64,000 nucleotides of DNA from Candidatus Babeliales bacterium (GTDB taxonomy: Bacteria; Babelota; Babeliae; Babelales; JANWKD01): contig CAVRJO010000002.1 in the NCBI GenBank assembly GCA_963722255.1, forward strand, positions 128,001 to 192,000, in the 5' to 3' direction. Under the pieces are notes generated by a model that saw only the letters and a list, made by a program, of their open reading frames with translations, was not told the DNA's origin and made no database searches. Positions 1 to 9,880 of the stretch are shown here, in pieces. Each line of letters starts with the position of its first letter. The stretch's first letter is position 1. The position numbers and the translations under genes were made by a program.

Positions 1-968
1 AAGAAAATATGTATTTTTGCACAATAGATGAGAGAAGTTATGCAATTAAGCCTATGAACTGCCCTGGAGCAATTCTTGTATACAAAGAACGCCCTCACTC
101 CTACAGAGAATTGCCGCTACGATATGCTGAGTTTGGTCTTGTACATCGTCATGAACTTTCAGGTGTTTTACAAGGGCTATTTAGAGTGCGTGCTTTTACG
201 CAAGATGATGCCCATATTTTTTGTATGGCTTCTCAGCTTAAAGATGAATTACATTCAATGATCGCCCTATTTTTCACCGTATATAAAAAATTTGGATTTG
301 CATCAATCAATGTTGCGCTTTCAACGCAGCCTAAAAACTATATCGGCAGCAATGAGCTTTGGCAAGAAGCAACTGAGGCATTACGTAGTGCCCTTGAAAC
401 CTTAAAAATACCCTATGTCGTTAATGAAGGGGATGGCGCATTTTATGGACCAAAAATAGATTTCCGATTAGAAGATTCTATGAAACGAGAATGGCAATGT
501 GGTACTATACAAGTAGATTTTTTCCAACCTGAAAACTTTAACCTAACCTATATTTCAGATCAGGGTACAAAAGAGAGGCCTGTTATGATTCATCGAGCAA
601 TTTACGGCTCTATTGAACGTTTTTTTGGCATTCTTATTGAGCATTATAAAGGACATTTCCCCCTATGGCTTGCACCGGTTCAAATGCGTATTTTAACGAT
701 TACTGATGAACAAAAGCCCTATGCTCATGAACTTATGAAAAAGCTAGAAAACAATGGATTTCGCGTTGAAATTGATGAATCATCAGATCAAATTTCAGGA
801 AAAATTAAGAACGCGCAGCTTGATAAAATTCCTTGGATGCTTGTTATTGGCAAAAAAGAGGTCGAAAATAACACAATTACCCTACGTTTTACCGACGGAA
901 AACAAGAATTTGGTATCACCTTTGACGATCTTCTGAAAAAAGCACAGGTTGCATGTTGCGATGAATAA
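1..968 (+). CDS. thrS: Threonyl-tRNA synthetase, C-terminal part (5' end outside window)
   Basis: Motifs KPMNCP, HRHELSG, RVRAFTQDDAH, GAFYGPKID, HRAIYGSIERF and an anticodon-binding domain; frame is open at the window edge. Confidence 0.97.
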   Translation, partial: ENMYFCTIDERSYAIKPMNCPGAILVYKERPHSYRELPLRYAEFGLVHRHELSGVLQGLFRVRAFTQDDAHIFCMASQLKDELHSMIALFFTVYKKFGFASINVALSTQPKNYIGSNELWQEATEALRSALETLKIPYVVNEGDGAFYGPKIDFRLEDSMKREWQCGTIQVDFFQPENFNLTYISDQGTKERPVMIHRAIYGSIERFFGILIEHYKGHFPLWLAPVQMRILTITDEQKPYAHELMKKLENNGFRVEIDESSDQISGKIKNAQLDKIPWMLVIGKKEVENNTITLRFTDGKQEFGITFDDLLKKAQVACCDE

Positions 969-1122
969 TTAATTACAATAAAAAATAATTTTTTCTAAAT
1001 TTTTTTATTTAATTGTGTGATTGTTTTTAAAAAACCATTGACTTGTTTGCATCATTTTCTGTACATTGAGATTGTAGGGTTTAATTTAATGTACTATTAA
1101 TCTCAAATTAAGGAGAGATGCA

Positions 1123-1488
1123 ATGGTGATAAAGAAGAAAACTGCAGCTAAAAAGACAACTGCAAAGCGTAAAACAGCTGCAAAACGTAAAACAACCGCA
1201 AAAAGAGCGGCTCCAAAACGCAAAGTTGCCAAACGTGCTGCACCTAAAAGAAGAACAGCTGCTAAAAAAAGCGCTGTAGCTAAATTGGCTGCATTCATGG
1301 CTGGCGGAGCAAAGAAAAAAGCTGCTCCTAAACGCAAAGCTGCAAAACGTGCTGCACCTAAGAGAAAATCAGCTGCTAAACACGCTGCTCCTAAAAGAAC
1401 AGCTGTAAAACGCGCTGGCACAAAGCGTAAAGCAGCAAAAAGAGCTGCGCCTAAACGTCATGTTGCTAAGAAATTAGCACATAGCTAA
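1123..1488 (+). CDS. Histone H1-like Lys/Ala/Arg-rich DNA-binding protein (chlamydial Hc2-like composition)
   Basis: 121 aa built from TAAKRK/RAAPKRK repeats, no acidic residues; AGGAG RBS at 1111; downstream terminator. Confidence 0.85.
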   Translation: MVIKKKTAAKKTTAKRKTAAKRKTTAKRAAPKRKVAKRAAPKRRTAAKKSAVAKLAAFMAGGAKKKAAPKRKAAKRAAPKRKSAAKHAAPKRTAVKRAGTKRKAAKRAAPKRHVAKKLAHS

Positions 1489-1522
1489 GGCGGAATCGCT
1501 TAATAACACTCCTCTTGATCGT

Positions 1523-1560
1523 AAAAAATGGGCAATGCTTTGAACATTGCCTATTTTTTT
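1523..1560. terminator. Bidirectional intrinsic terminator
   Basis: A6-TGGGCAATG-loop-CATTGCCTA-T7 between convergent genes. Confidence 0.8.
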
Positions 1561-2209
1561 ATTTTTCCATAAACTTTTCGATAAATGGCTTACACACTCG
1601 CATATTTTGTCCGCACATTACTAAAAGCCTCGAATATTCAATCCAATGATTTTTAGGCACAACCATTTCTAACTCTTTTTCAGTTTGAACGGGCGTTTTA
1701 GTATGCACGATACCTAATTTATTTGAAAGTTTATGAACATGCGTATCAACACAAAGAGCAGGAGTTCCATAAGCAACCCCTAGGATTAAATTGGCTGTTT
1801 TTGGTCCAACGCCTTTTATAGAAAGCAGTTCTTCTTTTGTTTTAGGAACTTTTCCATCGAATCGTTCAAGAAGTTCATGGCATACCGAATAGATAGAGTT
1901 TGCCTTGTTTCTATAAAATCCAATTGAATGGATCATACGCTCAAGCTCTTTACGAGGAATTTTCAAAAATTGCTGTGGTGTTCGTGCCTTTTTAAAAAGT
2001 TCAACGCAGATTGGGTAGGTAACTACATCACGTGCGCGCAAACTTAAAAGGCAACTGATTAAAATAAGAAAAGGATCATCATGATACTGCTTTTTAATCA
2101 GATCACTCATAGGACGAGGAAGGCCTTTCGTGGCCTTGCAAAGAGTTTGTATAAGTTTGAGTGCTCTTTTCTTGCGTTCAGCAATTGTTTGATCTGTTTT
2201 CATGGTCAA
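1559..2209 (-). CDS. nth: Endonuclease III (HhH-GPD glycosylase), apparently lacking the full 4Fe-4S motif
   Basis: PFLILISCLLS, IGFYRNKA, HhH LLSIKGVGPKTAN, VDTHV. Confidence 0.88.
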   Translation of the reverse strand: MTMKTDQTIAERKKRALKLIQTLCKATKGLPRPMSDLIKKQYHDDPFLILISCLLSLRARDVVTYPICVELFKKARTPQQFLKIPRKELERMIHSIGFYRNKANSIYSVCHELLERFDGKVPKTKEELLSIKGVGPKTANLILGVAYGTPALCVDTHVHKLSNKLGIVHTKTPVQTEKELEMVVPKNHWIEYSRLLVMCGQNMRVCKPFIEKFMEK

Positions 2210-2329
2210 CTTCTTTATTCAAAATAAGGTATCTACCAACTATAGTTCAAAACTAATCAAAAGTTCTTGCATAAGCAAGCACCATTCTATATCCTAACAG
2301 AGAAACTCGACAGCATAGGAGAATGGAAT

Positions 2330-3256
2330 ATGACTCTCAAAGAATTTAAAAATAAAATTGAACAATTTTTAGTTTATATCGAAGTTGAAAGAAATCTTTC
2401 AGAAAATACGCACAAAGCATATGCCCGAGATTTGAATCAAATTTACCATTTTTGGAATGATTCTACGCTTCAAGAAAAAAAGGAACTACCCTTCAGCAGA
2501 ATCCTTGAGCGCTTTCTTGTCATGCTGTACCACAAAAAAATAAATAAAAGCTCGATTGCACGCAAACTTTCAGCACTACAATCATTTGAAAAATACGTTC
2601 TCTCAGACGGCATTCAATTAAACCTTAAGGTTATTCGTCCAAGAATTGACAAAAAATTACCGGTTTATTTAAGCGTTGATGAAATCTTTTATCTCCTTGA
2701 TTCCATAAAAACTGAAGATTTACCAACACAACGACCGTTTCGAGATAAAGCAATTTTTGAGCTTCTCTATGCAACAGGAGTTCGCTGTTCAGAACTGATT
2801 TCAATTCGTATACAAGACATTGATACCGATCAAAAAACGATTAGAATCATGGGAAAAGGAAATAAAGAACGAGTCGTGCTTTTTGGCACTAAAGCCGCTA
2901 CAAGCCTAGCTGCGTATATTGACCATGAACGCTCACCCATTCTTAAAAACGATGAATTTCTTTTTCTCAACCACCGCAATGAGCAACTTACCAGTAGATC
3001 TATTCAACGCATCATGGAAATGTTTCGATCTTTTTTAAAAATTGATCGCCCCATAACACCGCATAAAATTAGACATTCATTTGCTACACATTTATTAAAT
3101 GAAGGCGCTGATTTACGTGCAATTCAAGAACTTCTGGGTCATGCAACATTGGCGAGCACCGAAAAATATACGCATGTTTCAACGACAGAACTCATAACTA
3201 TGTGTGATACTTTTCATCCCCTTAAGGAAAAAAAATATTCACCTGATAAATCGTAA
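2330..3256 (+). CDS. xerC: XerC/XerD-family tyrosine recombinase
   Basis: RDKAIFELLYATGVRCSEL, GKGNKER, HKIRHSFATHLL, QELLGH, catalytic Y in TEKYTHV; XerC vs XerD not certain. Confidence 0.85.
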   Translation: MTLKEFKNKIEQFLVYIEVERNLSENTHKAYARDLNQIYHFWNDSTLQEKKELPFSRILERFLVMLYHKKINKSSIARKLSALQSFEKYVLSDGIQLNLKVIRPRIDKKLPVYLSVDEIFYLLDSIKTEDLPTQRPFRDKAIFELLYATGVRCSELISIRIQDIDTDQKTIRIMGKGNKERVVLFGTKAATSLAAYIDHERSPILKNDEFLFLNHRNEQLTSRSIQRIMEMFRSFLKIDRPITPHKIRHSFATHLLNEGADLRAIQELLGHATLASTEKYTHVSTTELITMCDTFHPLKEKKYSPDKS

Positions 3257-4977
3257 TGTTTATGGATATTTCGTATCAATATGCTAAAAAAATAAAAACT
3301 TTTATCTCTCTTCTCTCATGCTGCTTTGCCATAATTCTTGTTCGGTTACTCTATTTACAAATTATTTTAAATCATAGTTTCTTTGCATTAAGTGTAAAAA
3401 ATTTTTTAAGAACAGAAACAATAGCTTCGCCTCGTGGTAATATTGTAGATTGTAATGGTATCTTGCTTGCAACTAACAGACCAATAACCTCAGTCTATTG
3501 GCATGGGACTGGAAATAGTAACTTAACGAACAAACAGCAACAACTTCTTCAGGCAATTGAAACTATTATCGGTCCTATTGAACATTCTAAAATTATGCGC
3601 ACAGAACAACGCAGTAGCACTTTGTTGCTAGCACAAGATATCTCTTTTGTACAACTGAGTAAAATTATTGAGCTATTTCCTAATAATAGTAACATACATT
3701 TTTCTACCAATTTTAAACGTTATTATCCAAACCAAAAAATCGCAAGCCATATTTTAGGCCATTTAAGCAGTTTCAATAATTTCGAAAATATCGGAAAAAT
3801 GGGGCTTGAAAAAATTTTACACGACACTTTACAAGGGCAAAAAGGTCAATTACTTAAAACTATCAACTCATTCGGCATTAGCACGCAACAATCCGAAATT
3901 AAAACTGCTTCACCTGGTCAAGATATTACAATCACCTTGGATAGTAATTTACAAAAACTAGCTGAAGATCTTTTCCCTGCCAATTACAATGGTGCTCTTA
4001 TTCTCATGGATCCTAAAAATGGTGCATTACGTGCAGTAACTTCGCGCCCTAATTTTGACCCTTCACTTTTTTTAGATCCGATAACACAGCCTGATTGGAA
4101 AAATCTACAAAATGGTAATCCATTTTTAAATCGACCATTTTATGCATGTTATCCACCGGCCTCAATTTTCAAACTTATTAGCATTAGCGCAGCTTTAGAA
4201 AATAATTTTATAACACAAGAAGATACTATTAACTGCTGTGGGTACTATCGTTTTAAAGGAAGAAAACACTATTGTGATCGACGAGTTGGCCATGGCACCT
4301 TAAGCATAAAAGATGCTGTAGCAAAATCTTGTAATATTCTTTTCTATGAGATTGCTACTCGTATGCCCATTGAAATTTTAGCAAACTATGCTCAACGATT
4401 CGGCCTCGGGAAAAAGACAAATCTCATATTTCCTGAGCAAGAAGGACTTGTACCAACACCTGATTGGAAACAAGCAACAAAAGGTGAACGATGGTGGCCG
4501 GGCGAAACATTATCCTGTTCGATTGGTCAAAGTTATCTTTTGGTTACACCCATTCAAATTGCATGTATGATTGCAAGCATTTTTGAAGGGTATATCGTTA
4601 CACCGCGTATTTTGGAATCTGAAATCATTACGCGACGACCTTTAAATATTTTTGATTCAACACGTAAATTTTTATGCAAATCAATGAAATCAGTTGTACG
4701 TCTAGGAACCGGTATGGCTGTAAGTAAAATCGAAGATATAAAAGTATACGCAAAAACAGGAACTGCTCAGGTAGTTGAGTTATCGGCTAAGTACGATCCA
4801 ACTAAACCTAAGGCCCATTCATGGTTTGTCGCCTATTTTTATTATAAAGACCACGATCCTCTCATACTTGTTATCCTTCTTGAGCATACTGGAAATTGTC
4901 GGCCTTCAAAATTATTTGCCAAAAGATTTTTGATGCACTACAGAGCATATATGAAAAACAAATATGCTCTGCAATAA
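3256..4977 (+). CDS. mrdA: Penicillin-binding protein 2 (class B transpeptidase)
   Basis: N-terminal TM, PRGNI, KRYYP, SxxK (SIFK), SxN (SCN), KTGTAQ; start overlaps the recombinase stop (TAATG). Confidence 0.88.
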   Translation: MFMDISYQYAKKIKTFISLLSCCFAIILVRLLYLQIILNHSFFALSVKNFLRTETIASPRGNIVDCNGILLATNRPITSVYWHGTGNSNLTNKQQQLLQAIETIIGPIEHSKIMRTEQRSSTLLLAQDISFVQLSKIIELFPNNSNIHFSTNFKRYYPNQKIASHILGHLSSFNNFENIGKMGLEKILHDTLQGQKGQLLKTINSFGISTQQSEIKTASPGQDITITLDSNLQKLAEDLFPANYNGALILMDPKNGALRAVTSRPNFDPSLFLDPITQPDWKNLQNGNPFLNRPFYACYPPASIFKLISISAALENNFITQEDTINCCGYYRFKGRKHYCDRRVGHGTLSIKDAVAKSCNILFYEIATRMPIEILANYAQRFGLGKKTNLIFPEQEGLVPTPDWKQATKGERWWPGETLSCSIGQSYLLVTPIQIACMIASIFEGYIVTPRILESEIITRRPLNIFDSTRKFLCKSMKSVVRLGTGMAVSKIEDIKVYAKTGTAQVVELSAKYDPTKPKAHSWFVAYFYYKDHDPLILVILLEHTGNCRPSKLFAKRFLMHYRAYMKNKYALQ

Positions 4978-4990
4978 CTTAAAATTATCA

Positions 4991-5620
4991 TTAATCAATA
5001 TAATAGCTCAGTGTAGGAAATGGGTACTCTAAACCACATTCAATGCGTAGTGTTCTATTAGACCCTTCTAAGGCCTTTGCAAATGCCTCTTCAACCGATG
5101 TATATTCATCAAACATCAGCTCACATTCTAATCGCAATTCATCAAAAAAATGACAGAGTTGCCCTATCAATTCGCTGAATTCAATTTGTTCATGCTCCGT
5201 TAAGGTTTCATAAAATGGCTGCAGCTCCTTTTCAAGGACACATTCAGTACTATCTTTACGAAATTCATGTTTAATAGTTTCTATATTTTCTATACTACAT
5301 CCAACTGTGCTTTTAATACTCTTTTTTTGCATGAACTGTTTATATTTTTCAAACAGTGGATTTTCTTTTATGTGTTTAATACAATAGGTTTGCATCTTGA
5401 AAAAAATAGACCAAATATCATCAATCATTCTACTAAATTCTTCGCGAATACCGTGTGTCATTGTATCAAAAATCTCAGCAAAATTTTCATTATTAGTAAG
5501 ATTGCTTTTAAAAATTGTCATTGCTTCTACAAAATCAGCAGGCATAGCATCTAAAGATGACTTAACAGCCTGAGAGCGACATACCAAAAAGAGCAGTATA
5601 ACAAATAGCATTTTCTTCAT
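4991..5620 (-). CDS. Hypothetical exported acidic helical protein
   Basis: 209-aa ORF with Sec-type signal peptide (MKK-hydrophobic-SQA). Confidence 0.7.
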   Translation of the reverse strand: MKKMLFVILLFLVCRSQAVKSSLDAMPADFVEAMTIFKSNLTNNENFAEIFDTMTHGIREEFSRMIDDIWSIFFKMQTYCIKHIKENPLFEKYKQFMQKKSIKSTVGCSIENIETIKHEFRKDSTECVLEKELQPFYETLTEHEQIEFSELIGQLCHFFDELRLECELMFDEYTSVEEAFAKALEGSNRTLRIECGLEYPFPTLSYYID

Positions 5621-5756
5621 TTTTTCATCCTTTTTTAACTTTGTGATTTTTTAGTAATAATTTTTATGAACCATACCATACGGCTTATTTTTTTGCAAAG
5701 CATACACAAAAAAAACGCTCACTTTTGAGGCTTTAAAATAAAATTCTTCTATTAGA

Positions 5757-6239
5757 TTATGCTGGTAATCTACCAACTAGCCAGCTTCCAAAACTTACTA
5801 ATACCATACATCCTGCTATGGATAAAGTTGCGGTGAGAGCGCCACTAATAAAGGCTTTTTTTTGAGATTTTTCTCTGCAAGCATCAACTTTGTTTTGCAA
5901 AATTTCTAATTCCGCTTTCTTCTCTTTATCTTTATCTTCATTTAAACGTAAAATGAATAATGCTTTTTTACCATTAGCCGGAGAACCCTTCTCAGCCGAC
6001 ATCATTAACCATTCTTTAGCTTTTTCTTTATCTGTTGCATCGTTACGAAGTTTGTCATAGTGATCTTTGTCCAAGGCTTCATATGATTCCTCAAGAGGGG
6101 ATTTCAATTCTTTTTGCTCTTCCTTCTCAGTTTGTTCATGAGACGGAAATTGATCAGATTGACCCTCTAACGCATTCAAACCTATACAACTAAATAAACA
6201 CAACATTGATACTACAAAAAAACGTTTTGAAATAAGCAT
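5757..6239 (-). CDS. Hypothetical exported protein with coiled coil and C-terminal TM anchor
   Basis: Signal peptide ending LNA, charged middle, C-terminal hydrophobic helix; start chosen at MLISKR. Confidence 0.7.
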   Translation of the reverse strand: MLISKRFFVVSMLCLFSCIGLNALEGQSDQFPSHEQTEKEEQKELKSPLEESYEALDKDHYDKLRNDATDKEKAKEWLMMSAEKGSPANGKKALFILRLNEDKDKEKKAELEILQNKVDACREKSQKKAFISGALTATLSIAGCMVLVSFGSWLVGRLPA

Positions 6240-6323
6240 ATTTGTCCCTTTACTACTAATTACCGATAAAAATTCAATCATAGTGTAACTTATTAAAAAA
6301 ATTTTACTATAATTATATATAAT

Positions 6324-7505
6324 TTATACAATAACTCGAAGAAATTCCTGTAGTGAAATAATACCCTGAGTAAGCTTTTGAGAAGCATCATGCATAAGTG
6401 TTTGCATATCCTGCTCTAAAGCTTTTTGGTATAAAAGTTCATAGTGTGGATTATGTATAATAAGTGCTCGTAAAGAATCATTCATTACTAAAAGTTCAAA
6501 AATTCCCGTACGTCCCTTATAACCCAAATTAAAACAGTGCGAGCACCCAACTCCTTTATAAAGTTCTTTAGGAGAAATGGATAACTTCTCCAGCATCTTT
6601 GACTCTTCATTAGTTGGTAAAAATTTTTCTTTACATTGCGTACAAATTTTTCTTACCAATCGTTGAGCAAGAACCCCGGTTAATGAGGCATTTATCAGAA
6701 AAGGTTCTATACCCATATCCATCAAACGCATAATTGAACTACATGCATTATTAGTATGCAAAGTGCTTAATACAAGATGACCGGTTAAAGCAGCTTCTAT
6801 GGCAATTCGTGCAGTTTGTTTATCGCGAATTTCACCAACCATCGCAATATCGGGATCTTGACGCAATAATGAACGCATACCTCGTTCAAAAGTAAATCCA
6901 GCTTCAGGATGAATTTGTCCTTGCGTAATTCCTTCAATATTATATTCAATAGGATCTTCAAGCGTTATAATATTCTTCTCCGGTGAGTGTAATGAAGTAA
7001 GCGCAGCATAGAGTGTTGTTGTTTTTCCAGAACCGGTAGGTCCTGTTGTTAAAAAAAATCCATTGGTGCGTTGTAAAAGATTTTTGAAATTCTCAAGAAC
7101 ATTTGGTTGCAAACCCAATTTTTCAAGTTCTATGGTATGTTCTGATCTATCTAAAATTCTAATAACTACCTTTTCACCATGCAGGGAGGGAAATGTTGAA
7201 ACGCGCAAATCTGTTGGAGTTAAGGTACCATGAACTGTAAATTTTCCATCCTGTGGAATACGCCGTTCAGCAATATTAATGCGTGCTAAAATTTTTATTC
7301 GTGATACAATTTGCAAACCAAGATCTTTATTAATTTTCTGCTCATCATACAAAACGCCGTCTATGCGATAGCGAACACGTAATTCATAGGTTGTTGATTC
7401 TAAATGAATATCTGAAGCATTACGTTTAATTGCTTGAACTATTAAATCATCAACACGAGTTATAACAGAAAAATCATTGCTTATTTTTACCTGCGATTCT
7501 AACAC
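6324..7505 (-). CDS. GspE/PilB-family secretion/pilus ATPase (core only)
   Basis: ASDIHLE, ERRIPQDG, Walker A GPTGSGKTT, TLEDPIEY, LRQDPD, GEIRD, TGHLVLSTLH, zinc CxxC..CxxC. Confidence 0.93.
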   Translation of the reverse strand: MLESQVKISNDFSVITRVDDLIVQAIKRNASDIHLESTTYELRVRYRIDGVLYDEQKINKDLGLQIVSRIKILARINIAERRIPQDGKFTVHGTLTPTDLRVSTFPSLHGEKVVIRILDRSEHTIELEKLGLQPNVLENFKNLLQRTNGFFLTTGPTGSGKTTTLYAALTSLHSPEKNIITLEDPIEYNIEGITQGQIHPEAGFTFERGMRSLLRQDPDIAMVGEIRDKQTARIAIEAALTGHLVLSTLHTNNACSSIMRLMDMGIEPFLINASLTGVLAQRLVRKICTQCKEKFLPTNEESKMLEKLSISPKELYKGVGCSHCFNLGYKGRTGIFELLVMNDSLRALIIHNPHYELLYQKALEQDMQTLMHDASQKLTQGIISLQEFLRVIV

Positions 7506-8053
7506 TAATCTTCCTCGGAATACTCTTCAATTTCTTTGTAGGCTTCTTTTTCAATCTCATCTTCTTTTTCTGGAACAAGATTATCATCAAGTTCATGATC
7601 AGTTAACGATTTATCATAAAATTCTTCTATAGTTTCTACAATTTCTGAAGCTAATCCTACCCGAAATTCAATATCATATGATACATATTTCCCTAGTGCC
7701 GGCAAAAGATCTTCATCATCCGGGTCATTGGCTAAAACCATAAGAATAGCATCATCGATCACCTCAATAGGAATTATTAGATTACGCAACAAAAAATCTT
7801 TAGGAAATTTCACTATAAGATAATGATCAAAAAAATAACCAATTGGATCCATTAATGGAATTTCGTAATAGTTAGATAATGCTCTTAAAATATCTTCTTT
7901 TTCAATAAGCCCTTCCTCAAGAAGAAAATCTTCAAAAGCAACATCAGATCGATTTTCAAAGTTTTTTTGTAAATCTATTGATTGTTGATGAGAAACAACA
8001 CCATTTTTTTCAAAAATTTTACATAATGCTTCTACAAATCCTTTTTTCTTCAT
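7505..8053 (-). CDS. Stand-alone GspE/PilB N-terminal (MshEN/T2SSE_N-like) domain protein
   Basis: FLLEEGLIEKEDILRALS-like repeat, FPKDFLLRNLIIP, LANDP; stop overlaps the ATPase start. Confidence 0.7.
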   Translation of the reverse strand: MKKKGFVEALCKIFEKNGVVSHQQSIDLQKNFENRSDVAFEDFLLEEGLIEKEDILRALSNYYEIPLMDPIGYFFDHYLIVKFPKDFLLRNLIIPIEVIDDAILMVLANDPDDEDLLPALGKYVSYDIEFRVGLASEIVETIEEFYDKSLTDHELDDNLVPEKEDEIEKEAYKEIEEYSEED

Positions 8054-8062
8054 TAGTATCCT

Positions 8063-8449
8063 TTATCCAATTTTATATCCTGCAATAAAACCAAGAGCAA
8101 CCGATACTGATAAGGGAATATTATTAGTAACCCAGTTCCAATATAAGGTTGCAACATCTGCAAGCGTAGCCTTATGAGCAAAACCCAAGTAAAGTTTCAA
8201 TTTATCGCTATGCACCGTAATAAAATCTGTAGATTCAAGTCCATAAAGAATACAACCTGTTAAAATCGCAGCAACAAACAGAGTTGTTCCATACCGTTTT
8301 AAGAGGAAACCAAACGCAAAACCTACGCCACCATAAATCGCAAGTTTTTTGAGCGCATCATAGGACAAATCGAGTGATTCAAAAAAATCACTTATCTTTT
8401 GTTTTGCTACTTCAAACCAACTCTCCTGAACGTTTGTCGTTTTAGACAT
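8063..8449 (-). CDS. FUN14-family small membrane protein
   Basis: GGVGFAFGFLLKR...GCILYGL...FI-V..., C-terminal GFIAGYKIG. Confidence 0.65.
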   Translation of the reverse strand: MSKTTNVQESWFEVAKQKISDFFESLDLSYDALKKLAIYGGVGFAFGFLLKRYGTTLFVAAILTGCILYGLESTDFITVHSDKLKLYLGFAHKATLADVATLYWNWVTNNIPLSVSVALGFIAGYKIG

Positions 8450-8532
8450 GCCGTAACTCCAATTCTATATATAATTCAATACCTATAAAGTGCTTTAAAG
8501 TATACCGTGAAAATTCATGCATATGCAACTAC

Positions 8533-8572
8533 AAAAAAAAGAGAAAGATTTTTTAGATCTTTCTCTTTTTTT
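8533..8572 (-). terminator. Intrinsic terminator downstream of HU
   Basis: A8-GAGAAAGAT-loop-ATCTTTCTC-T7. Confidence 0.75.
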
Positions 8573-8589
8573 AAAATGTAACAAACAAT

Positions 8590-8865
8590 TTATTTTGCAA
8601 CAAGTGATTTTAATTCTTTACCTGGCTTAAATTTAGGAACTTTTTTAGCAGGTATAGGCATCTTTTTGCGTGTTACAGGATTAACTCCAACTCGTGCTTT
8701 TCTTTTCATAACAGAAAAAGTACCAAATCCAGTAAGGGTCACTTGACCATTTTTTTTCAATACTTCACCAATAACGTCCATAAAAGCTTCTAAACAACGT
8801 TTTGTCGTTGCTTTAGTCTCTTTAGAAAGTTTCGCCATGCGTTCAACCAACATCGCTTTATTCAT
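8590..8865 (-). CDS. hup: DNA-binding protein HU
   Basis: MNKAMLV, VTLTGFGTF, ARVGVNP, PKFKPGKELK. Confidence 0.95.
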   Translation of the reverse strand: MNKAMLVERMAKLSKETKATTKRCLEAFMDVIGEVLKKNGQVTLTGFGTFSVMKRKARVGVNPVTRKKMPIPAKKVPKFKPGKELKSLVAK

Positions 8866-9104
8866 ATGCCTTCCTTTATGTGCTGATCAGCTTTAATAAA
8901 TTTTATAAATAAACAATTATATATTTAAGGCAAACAATACTAGTACTACTAGTGTACAATAGTATGAGATAAACTTTTGTCAAGTTTTTTTGATTTTTTC
9001 CATCACAACCAAAAAGCGACAAATTTTAGTTCTTGCAAACCTCCAACCATAGTTTTACCCCAACTAAGGCGTGCACAGGCCTTGATAAACGAAATCTAGC
9101 AAAG

Positions 9105-9151
9105 CCAGTCGTAGTTTGCCGAGCCGGAAGGCCCGGATAAACGAAGACTGG
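9105..9151 (-). repeat. tRNA-CCA-anchored hairpin element (copy at tRNA-Leu UAA)
   Basis: tRNA strand reads CCAGTC-TTC-GTTT...AAAC-TAC-GACTGG; closely similar to 37737-37786 in inverted orientation. Confidence 0.75.
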
Positions 9152-9235
9152 TGCCGAGGGCCGGACTCGAACCGGCACGAAGAAACCTTCGAAGGATTTT
9201 AAGTCCTTTGCGTCTACCTATTCCGCCACCCCGGC
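9149..9235 (-). tRNA. tRNA-Leu(UAA)
   Basis: GCCGGGGTGGCGGAATAGGTAGACGC...CT-TAA-AA...long variable arm...GGTTCGAGTCC...CACCA. Confidence 0.95.
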
Positions 9236-9269
9236 TTTAATTAATTCAAAGAAAAAATGGAAATAAATC

Positions 9270-9343
9270 TGGAGGCGGCACCCGGATTTGAACCGGGGAT
9301 CACGGATTTGCAGTCCATTGCCTTACCACTTGGCTATGCCGCC
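9270..9343 (-). tRNA. tRNA-Cys(GCA)
   Basis: GGCGGCATAGCCAAGTGGTAAGGC...CT-GCA-AA...GGTTCAAATCC...CTCCA. Confidence 0.95.
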
Positions 9344-9376
9344 ATTAACCTTCTGCAGATTATAGTAACACGATTG

Positions 9377-9877
9377 TTAATGAATCGCAAATTCTTCAAT
9401 CTTTTTCTTTAAATCTTCAACAGAAATTACAGCAACCGATTTCTTTTCAGCATACATTTCAGGCTTTTGATAGTTCACTAAATATGATTGTTGACATGCC
9501 CCAACAACAGAAATGCCAAACTGTTTTGCTTCCGCTGTTCCTCCCTCAAAAGCCCATACACGCTTAAATCCAAGCTTTGTTAACATTGTATAACCATCTC
9601 CACTTGCTGTGCATAAATAGTTGCTACAATGAAGAACAATTTCTGTTGTATCTTTATTCCAACGCTTTAATGCATATTCTTTTAAATCCATAAAGGGTAC
9701 ATTGATTGAGCCTTGAATATGACAATCATCAAATGATTCTTTATCAAGAACATTTACAATAACAAACTTTGGTGTTGTTGCTTGGCCACCAACAAAACGC
9801 TCACAACTACATGCAGATAATGCAATCATTATGATAACATTTATAATTGCTAAAAAAAATCGAACAAACATCATCAT
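9377..9877 (-). CDS. Rhodanese-like domain (lipo)protein
   Basis: HIQGSINVP, IVLHC, LGFKRVWAFEGG; lipobox-like LSAC. Confidence 0.8.
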   Translation of the reverse strand: MMMFVRFFLAIINVIIMIALSACSCERFVGGQATTPKFVIVNVLDKESFDDCHIQGSINVPFMDLKEYALKRWNKDTTEIVLHCSNYLCTASGDGYTMLTKLGFKRVWAFEGGTAEAKQFGISVVGACQQSYLVNYQKPEMYAEKKSVAVISVEDLKKKIEEFAIH

Positions 9878-9880
9878 TTC

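Noticed and set aside
1086..1421. 111-aa hydrophobic antisense ORF
   Set aside because: Mirror of the Lys/Ala repeat gene, which has the RBS and terminator
2330..3256. Tyrosine recombinase as a prophage/island integrase
   Set aside because: Xer-type length and motifs, coupled to PBP2, no phage genes or att duplication seen
8063..8449. FUN14 protein as a mitochondrial-mimic effector
   Set aside because: FUN14-family proteins also occur in free-living prokaryotes and this one has no export signal
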